Shown: positions 58,671 to 64,000 of the stretch, in pieces | How positions within the stretch are numbered: position 1 is the stretch's first letter | How the letters are laid out: each line of letters starts with the position of its first letter | Source: Flavobacteriaceae bacterium | GTDB lineage: Bacteria; Bacteroidota; Bacteroidia; Flavobacteriales; Flavobacteriaceae | Length of the DNA stretch: 64,000 nt | NCBI GenBank assembly: GCA_965200045.1 | Contig: OZ241330.1 | Span: 293,888-357,887 of the forward strand | Reading direction: 5' to 3' | Program-made: the position numbers and the translations under genes | The notes under the pieces: generated by a model | The model's database searches: none | Seen by the model: only the letters and a program-made list of their open reading frames with translations | Told to the model about the DNA's origin: nothing

Positions 58671-59246
58671 TCAATCGAATTCATAGATTTTCTTAGGAGT
58701 AATCAAATAATTGAGTTTTTGATCTGCAGAGTGAACATCTTCAATTGATTGAATCGGAGCAAAAAACCCCAATCCAATTTTTAATATTGATGATACGCAT
58801 TGATTTAAAAATCGGTCATAATACCCTTTTCCATAACCCAGTCTATACCCCCTTTGGTCTGCCACAATTAAAGGCAAAAAAGCAACTTGAAGTATTTCTG
58901 GATTTTCTTTATCTATCTCCGTAGGTTCCGGAATAAACCATTGATTGTTTCTCAATAAAGTGTTTTTAGAGAATGGATGTATTTCTAATTCTTGTCCATT
59001 GACTTTTGGAACAAATACTTGTTTTTTCTTTTTCCACAACAGATCAATCAGTTGCAAAGTTTTCACTTCTTTATGATTTGAATTTTTAGAAGTCAGATAA
59101 ACATGATAATTCTGATAGGACCATACATTAAGAGATCTTGTTTGGTTGGTTATCATTTCGGAATATTTGGCATGTCTTTGGTCTGATAAGACAAATCTTT
59201 GATGACTATAATAGCTTCGAAGTTCTTGTTTGTTTCCTCTTTGCAT
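58671..59246 (-). CDS. 5-formyltetrahydrofolate cyclo-ligase
   Basis: It has the C-terminal signature ..PLIVADQRGYRLGYGKGYYDRFL.. Confidence 0.8.
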   Translation of the reverse strand: MQRGNKQELRSYYSHQRFVLSDQRHAKYSEMITNQTRSLNVWSYQNYHVYLTSKNSNHKEVKTLQLIDLLWKKKKQVFVPKVNGQELEIHPFSKNTLLRNNQWFIPEPTEIDKENPEILQVAFLPLIVADQRGYRLGYGKGYYDRFLNQCVSSILKIGLGFFAPIQSIEDVHSADQKLNYLITPKKIYEFD

Positions 59247-59309
59247 GTCTTGTAAAATAGTCGGGCACTTCTAGATAACTTAATCTATCATCAAGAACCC
59301 CTAGTATTA

Positions 59310-60569
59310 TTACCCGCCCGGAACCTTTTCTATGATCTCATTTGGCATTGCTGGAGAAGAATCATTTTTTAAGAGTCCCGTTTCTGCTCTACTGAACAAA
59401 GCTTGCATGATTAATTTTTTTTCTTCTTTTCCTACAGCAGAATCCTTCAACAAGGATAAATAGAAATAAGTCAACGTAAATCTTTCTTCACAATCTCGAG
59501 CCAAGTGGAAAGAACTGAACATTACTTTGTTTACAGCTCTTATGGCAAAAGCCATAAACGAAATGATAGTAATATAGATTATTGACCATCTGATAGCTCC
59601 ACTTTTATCGCCTTCAAAAAATGACTCATAAATCTGCTCTGGTGTGATCCAAAGTAATAGACCTAACGAGGTAACAACGATTAGAATAAGCCCAATCATG
59701 ATAAACAAGGTTAAATTACCGTGCTTCTTTAATTCTTTGCTCCTTCTAGACCAGTATTTTGCAGGTTCTTCCAGTTTTAATTTATCTCTGTATGTGGTTT
59801 CTAATTCCTTCATTCTTTTATTTGACTCCGCGTTAAAAGTTTTGAAATCTCTATTTGCATCATAAAACCATTCATTAAAAGATTTTTCTTTATCATCTTT
59901 TAATGCATCAATTGCATTGGCGTATTCTGTGCATTTTTCGTCAGCCCTTTTTAGATGTTCCACCAATTCACTCTCAAGTTTTGGTAAACTATTTTGAAAT
60001 CGAGTTCTTAATCTATCTAGCGATAGCTTCTCCTTATTTCTTCTTTCAGTGATAGCTGTCGAATCCTTCAATCTAAATTCGTAAGCGAGTATGTATCCAT
60101 TAAACTCATCTAAATTGTTTATGCCTCTGAAGTTTCCAATAATATAATTATAAGCGGCAGCATGAGATTGAGGGTGGTTTTTAAAGACTTCAATTAAAAA
60201 ATCGGTTTCTGGGCAGTCAAATGTGAAAATATTTTGATTGTTGTTTTGTATTTGATTTTTTATTCCGTCAAACGAATAATTCAAATTGGAATCGTTTTCC
60301 TGTATACTACCGTATGAATTTATAAAGTCTACAAGCTGATTTTTTATGGACCAAAAATGATTTTTAGAAGCACTCAGTTCTCTTGGTAAGTTTTCGCCTA
60401 GTTTTTCCCAACCTCTGATTTGTCGATTTACAAACTGATACAGATGTGCAAAGCCTTTGAATTGGTAATCTAAATTCAAATGACTATAGTTTAAATTAAA
60501 TTCAACAGAATTAAACCACTTGGTATTTACTGTTTGGCTTATTTTTTTTCTTAATTCAGTTTGTGTCAT
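59310..60569 (-). CDS. hypothetical membrane protein (soluble coiled-coil N-region, 2-3 C-terminal TM helices)
   Basis: 419 aa with TM spans LTLFIMIGLILIVVTSLGLLLWI and WSIIYITIISFMAFAI. No family recognised. Confidence 0.5.
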   Translation of the reverse strand: MTQTELRKKISQTVNTKWFNSVEFNLNYSHLNLDYQFKGFAHLYQFVNRQIRGWEKLGENLPRELSASKNHFWSIKNQLVDFINSYGSIQENDSNLNYSFDGIKNQIQNNNQNIFTFDCPETDFLIEVFKNHPQSHAAAYNYIIGNFRGINNLDEFNGYILAYEFRLKDSTAITERRNKEKLSLDRLRTRFQNSLPKLESELVEHLKRADEKCTEYANAIDALKDDKEKSFNEWFYDANRDFKTFNAESNKRMKELETTYRDKLKLEEPAKYWSRRSKELKKHGNLTLFIMIGLILIVVTSLGLLLWITPEQIYESFFEGDKSGAIRWSIIYITIISFMAFAIRAVNKVMFSSFHLARDCEERFTLTYFYLSLLKDSAVGKEEKKLIMQALFSRAETGLLKNDSSPAMPNEIIEKVPGG

Positions 60570-60750
60570 GATTTATCCATTTAATGATAATTCATTGGTA
60601 TAATCAGTGTTAACAATGTGAAAATACTCTTTTATCCATTAAAACTTGTTTTGAAAAATTTCTCTGCTAATGTTCATTATATTGAAAATGATTTGATTGA
60701 TTTAAATTTTAACATTCCTTCACCATAAGCCCAATGTTTAGTTTTGCTTT

Positions 60751-62193
60751 TTGATACTAAAAAAGTTGAATTCAGTAAAAAACATTTGTTGTATTGGTGC
60801 GGGCTATGTGGGTGGACCTACCATGGCTGTCATTGCATTAAAGTGCCCAGAAATAAAGGTTACGGTAGTCGATATTGATCAAAAGAAAATAGAAGCTTGG
60901 AATTCCCAAGACTTATCTCAATTACCAGTTTACGAACCAGGGCTTCAGGAGGTCATTCAAAAAGTACGAGGAAAAAATTTGTTTTTCAGCAATGATATTG
61001 ATCACGCTATCCTAGAATCAGAAATGATATTTATGGCCGTGAATACCCCCACCAAAACCAGCGGTGAAGGAAAAGGAATGGCTGCGGACCTAACCTATGT
61101 GGAACAATGTGCCAAGCGAATTGGGAAAGTGGCTCAATCCGATAAAATCGTTATCGAAAAGTCAACACTTCCTGTGAGAACGGCTGAAAAAATTAAAGAC
61201 GTCTTCAAACAACAAAACCAAACGGTGCACTTTGAAGTCCTATCCAATCCTGAATTTCTAGCAGAAGGGACCGCCATTGAAGATCTGTTTTATTCTGATC
61301 GAGTGCTTATTGGAGGAGATCCCACAACCAAAGGTCAACAAGCCATCAGACAATTAGTCAATATCTATCAGCGTTGGATCCCCAAAGAAAAAATCCTCAC
61401 CTCAAATATTTGGTCCGCAGAATTATCCAAATTAGCTTCTAACGCCATGTTGGCCCAGAGGATTTCTTCAATCAATGCCCTCAGTGCTCTTTGTGAAAAG
61501 ACAGGAGCCAACATCCATGAAGTAGCCGAGGCCATCGGCATGGACCAACGAATTGGACCGATGTTTTTAAAGTGTTCGGTAGCTTTTGGAGGGAGTTGTT
61601 TTAAAAAAGATGTCCTCAACTTGGTGTACATGTGCCAAACTTTAGGATTGAATCAGGTGGCCGATTATTGGGAAAGCATTATACACATCAACCACTACCA
61701 AACCCACCGTTTTACTGATTTAATCATTGAACATTTAGAAAAAGACACTAGTGTAAAAAGATCGGAACAAAGCGTATGTCTTTTGGGTTGGGCCTTTAAA
61801 AAAAATACCAATGACTCTCGAGAATCTCCGGCCATAAAAATAGGCTACAAACTTTTGGAATTGGGATTCCTTTTATCGGTTTATGATCCTATGGTTGCTT
61901 CAAAAAGAATACAAGCCGATCTCTTATCCTACCATCGTGAATTAGAACGGGCCTCATCAACGATGGATCAAAGAATGAAAATGTTAACCATCCATTCCTC
62001 TGTGCATGACGCCATCAAAGGAACTTCAGCGATAGCCATTATTACCGAGTGGGATGAATTCAAAGATCTTGATTGGAATCGAATCATCAATGGTTCAAAA
62101 AACGAATTAAAAATCTTTGATGGACGTGATATTGTCGATTCCAAAAGCATTAGTGATACTCGAAAACTCTATAAAATTGGGGTTGACTTATAA
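60751..62193 (+). CDS. ugd: UDP-glucose 6-dehydrogenase (eukaryote-like long form)
   Basis: N-terminal Rossmann motif ICCIGAGYVGGPT and catalytic Cys region AFGGSCFKKD. TTG start. Confidence 0.9.
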   Translation: MILKKLNSVKNICCIGAGYVGGPTMAVIALKCPEIKVTVVDIDQKKIEAWNSQDLSQLPVYEPGLQEVIQKVRGKNLFFSNDIDHAILESEMIFMAVNTPTKTSGEGKGMAADLTYVEQCAKRIGKVAQSDKIVIEKSTLPVRTAEKIKDVFKQQNQTVHFEVLSNPEFLAEGTAIEDLFYSDRVLIGGDPTTKGQQAIRQLVNIYQRWIPKEKILTSNIWSAELSKLASNAMLAQRISSINALSALCEKTGANIHEVAEAIGMDQRIGPMFLKCSVAFGGSCFKKDVLNLVYMCQTLGLNQVADYWESIIHINHYQTHRFTDLIIEHLEKDTSVKRSEQSVCLLGWAFKKNTNDSRESPAIKIGYKLLELGFLLSVYDPMVASKRIQADLLSYHRELERASSTMDQRMKMLTIHSSVHDAIKGTSAIAIITEWDEFKDLDWNRIINGSKNELKIFDGRDIVDSKSISDTRKLYKIGVDL

Positions 62194-64000
62194 GTCTTCC
62201 GTTGGTGTCTTATCGCTTAATTTTTGAATTTCTTCAAATATTTTTTGACCTCTGTGTTGCCCCAAAATATTTTGTAATTCATCTAGAGAGGCCTCTTCGA
62301 CTCTTTTGAAAGACTTAAACTTTCGAAGCAATTTCGTTTTGGTTTTTTCACCCACACCCGGGATGAAGTCCAACTTCGAAGACAAACTGCTTTTAGATCT
62401 TTTAGATCGATGGTGATTTAAACTGAACCGATGCGCTTCATCACGTGCCATTTGAATGACTTGAAGCGTTTCTGATCGTTTATCGATATAAAGCGGTTGT
62501 GAATCATTTTGAAGAAATATTTCTTCTAATTTTTTGGCAATCCCAATAGCGGTGATTTTGTCTTTTAAACCCAATACCTCCAAACTTTTCAAACAAGAAG
62601 ACAGTTGTCCTTTTCCACCATCCACAATAATCAATGCTGGTAATGAAGCATTTTCCTCTACCAATCGTTTATAACGTCTTAAAATCACCTCTTCCATCGA
62701 TGCAAAGTCATCAGGTCCAATGACGGTTTTAATATTGTAATGTCGATATTCTTTTTTACTCGGTTTCCCATTTCGAAAGACCACACAGGCCGATACGGGA
62801 TGAGTGCCTTGAATATTGGAGTTATCAAAGCATTCGATATGACGGGGTTCCACCTTGAGTCGTAAATCTTTTTTCATCTGTTGCATCAGACGATCGATAT
62901 GACGACTAGGGTCGGTTATTTTAATTTGTTTGAATCGTTCGATTCGAAAATATTTGGCATTTCTCAGAGAGAGTTCGATCAGCTTTTTTTTATCTCCTTT
63001 TTGAGGAACCTTGATGATTGTTTTTTCATCCAAAACAAATGGATGTGAAGCAATAATATGATTCGATTGACGGTCAAATCGCTGCCGCAGTTCGATAACC
63101 GTCAAAGTCAATAATGTGGCGTTATCCTCGTCTAATTTTTTTTTGATTTCCATGGTGTGGCATCGAACAATCGCGCCATGATTGACTTGAAGATAATTGA
63201 CATAAGCGTATGAAGGGTCCGAAAGGATGCTATAAACATCCAAATTGTGGATTGTCGGATGAACAATCATGGATTTTTTTTGATAATCTTCAAGACTTTC
63301 CATTTTTTCTTTAATCTCTTGTGCTCTTTCAAATTTCTTTTGATCCGCATATTGTTTCATCTGTATCTTAAAACCGCTTAAAGAATCCTTAAAATTTCCG
63401 TTGAAAATTTTTCTAACCTGCTGAATGTTTTGATCATACTCATTTTCTTCAAATTTTGCTTCGCAAGGCCCTTTGCAATTCCCTATATGATATTCTAGAC
63501 AAACTTTATACTTTTTTTGAAAGATCTTTTCTTCGCTTAAATCATAATGACAAGTTCTGAGTGGATATAACGCCTTGGTTAAATCCATTAAGGTACGTAC
63601 CGTCTTAAAATTTGGATAGGGTCCAAAGTATTCCGAACCATCCTTGATTTTTTTTCGGGTATAAAAAACTCTTGGAAAACGTTCTTTTTTAATACAAAGC
63701 CATGGATAGGTTTTATCATCTTTGAGCATCACATTATAACGAGGTTGATATTGTTTGATCAAATTGTTTTCTAGTAGCAACGCATCGAGCTCCGTTTCAA
63801 CAACTGTCGTTTCCAATCGATGGATTCGGCTCACCATCATTTGGGTTTTCCGATGATCATGCTTGGTCTTAAAATAGGATTTGACCCTTTTGTTTAAGTT
63901 TTTAGCCTTCCCCACATAAAGTAACCTATTCTTTTGATCATAAAACTGATATACCCCACATTCATGAGGTAATTCTTTGATTTGTGACTCTAATTCTGTC
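62188..64000 (-). CDS. uvrC: excinuclease ABC subunit C; 5' end outside window
   Basis: The frame is open to the window edge. It shows a GIY-YIG region (..GVYQFYDQKNRLLYVGKAKNLNKRVKSYF..), a UvrB-interacting region, an endonuclease domain and a C-terminal (HhH)2 (..IPGVGEKTKTKLLRKF..). It overlaps the ugd 3' end by 6 nt. Confidence 0.95.
   Translation of the reverse strand, partial: TELESQIKELPHECGVYQFYDQKNRLLYVGKAKNLNKRVKSYFKTKHDHRKTQMMVSRIHRLETTVVETELDALLLENNLIKQYQPRYNVMLKDDKTYPWLCIKKERFPRVFYTRKKIKDGSEYFGPYPNFKTVRTLMDLTKALYPLRTCHYDLSEEKIFQKKYKVCLEYHIGNCKGPCEAKFEENEYDQNIQQVRKIFNGNFKDSLSGFKIQMKQYADQKKFERAQEIKEKMESLEDYQKKSMIVHPTIHNLDVYSILSDPSYAYVNYLQVNHGAIVRCHTMEIKKKLDEDNATLLTLTVIELRQRFDRQSNHIIASHPFVLDEKTIIKVPQKGDKKKLIELSLRNAKYFRIERFKQIKITDPSRHIDRLMQQMKKDLRLKVEPRHIECFDNSNIQGTHPVSACVVFRNGKPSKKEYRHYNIKTVIGPDDFASMEEVILRRYKRLVEENASLPALIIVDGGKGQLSSCLKSLEVLGLKDKITAIGIAKKLEEIFLQNDSQPLYIDKRSETLQVIQMARDEAHRFSLNHHRSKRSKSSLSSKLDFIPGVGEKTKTKLLRKFKSFKRVEEASLDELQNILGQHRGQKIFEEIQKLSDKTPTEDL

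Noticed and set aside
1-64000. Search by eye for CRISPR arrays, rRNA and tRNA genes
   Set aside because: I saw no regularly spaced direct repeats and no rRNA-like conserved blocks. The only T-arm-like strings (ggttcgaatcc near 945, gggttcgaacc near 10626) lie inside a CDS or an IS remnant and lack complementary stems. A tRNAscan/Infernal run would be needed to be certain.

Overview
AT-rich chromosomal segment that looks like Bacteroidota, probably Flavobacteriia: CarboxypepD_reg-type TonB-dependent receptors, a DUF2723 glycosyltransferase-like protein, an ileS-traR/dksA-lspA arrangement, and frequent TTG starts. The housekeeping backbone is panC (fragment), radA, gdhA, recO, ileS, lspA, nrdB-nrdA, a PiT phosphate transporter, two TonB-dependent receptors, a metallophosphoesterase, 5-formyl-THF cyclo-ligase, ugd and uvrC (partial). 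Several accessory patches interrupt it. (i) 8.5-12.9 kb holds an ImmA/IrrE-DUF4411 pair, an IS21 remnant and a decayed serine recombinase. (ii) 18.2-21.9 kb holds a convergent type II R-M pair and an ISL3 element inserted into a small HExxH gene. (iii) 25.9-29.0 kb holds an orphan ClpX-like ATPase without a zinc finger, plus hypothetical genes. (iv) 39.2-53.4 kb is a roughly 14 kb defence island. It contains a 4-gene operon of unknown small proteins, a type II R-M, a GmrSD-like type IV enzyme and a serine recombinase. It also contains an IS1595-family transposon carrying a methyltransferase-HNH fusion whose ATG is knocked out of frame by a C9 tract. Finally it has two convergent TIR operons: TIR/3-TM/ThsB-like TIR, and a HEPN-like 501-aa protein plus TIR. 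(v) 57.4-58.0 kb holds a HEPN/MNT-like pair whose MNT partner lacks the nucleotidyltransferase catalytic motifs; a decayed copy sits at 2.8-3.2 kb. I found no rRNA, tRNA or CRISPR array. The best candidates for an undescribed system are the two TIR operons at 48.7-52.9 kb. All family assignments come from motif recognition by eye and no database search was run.
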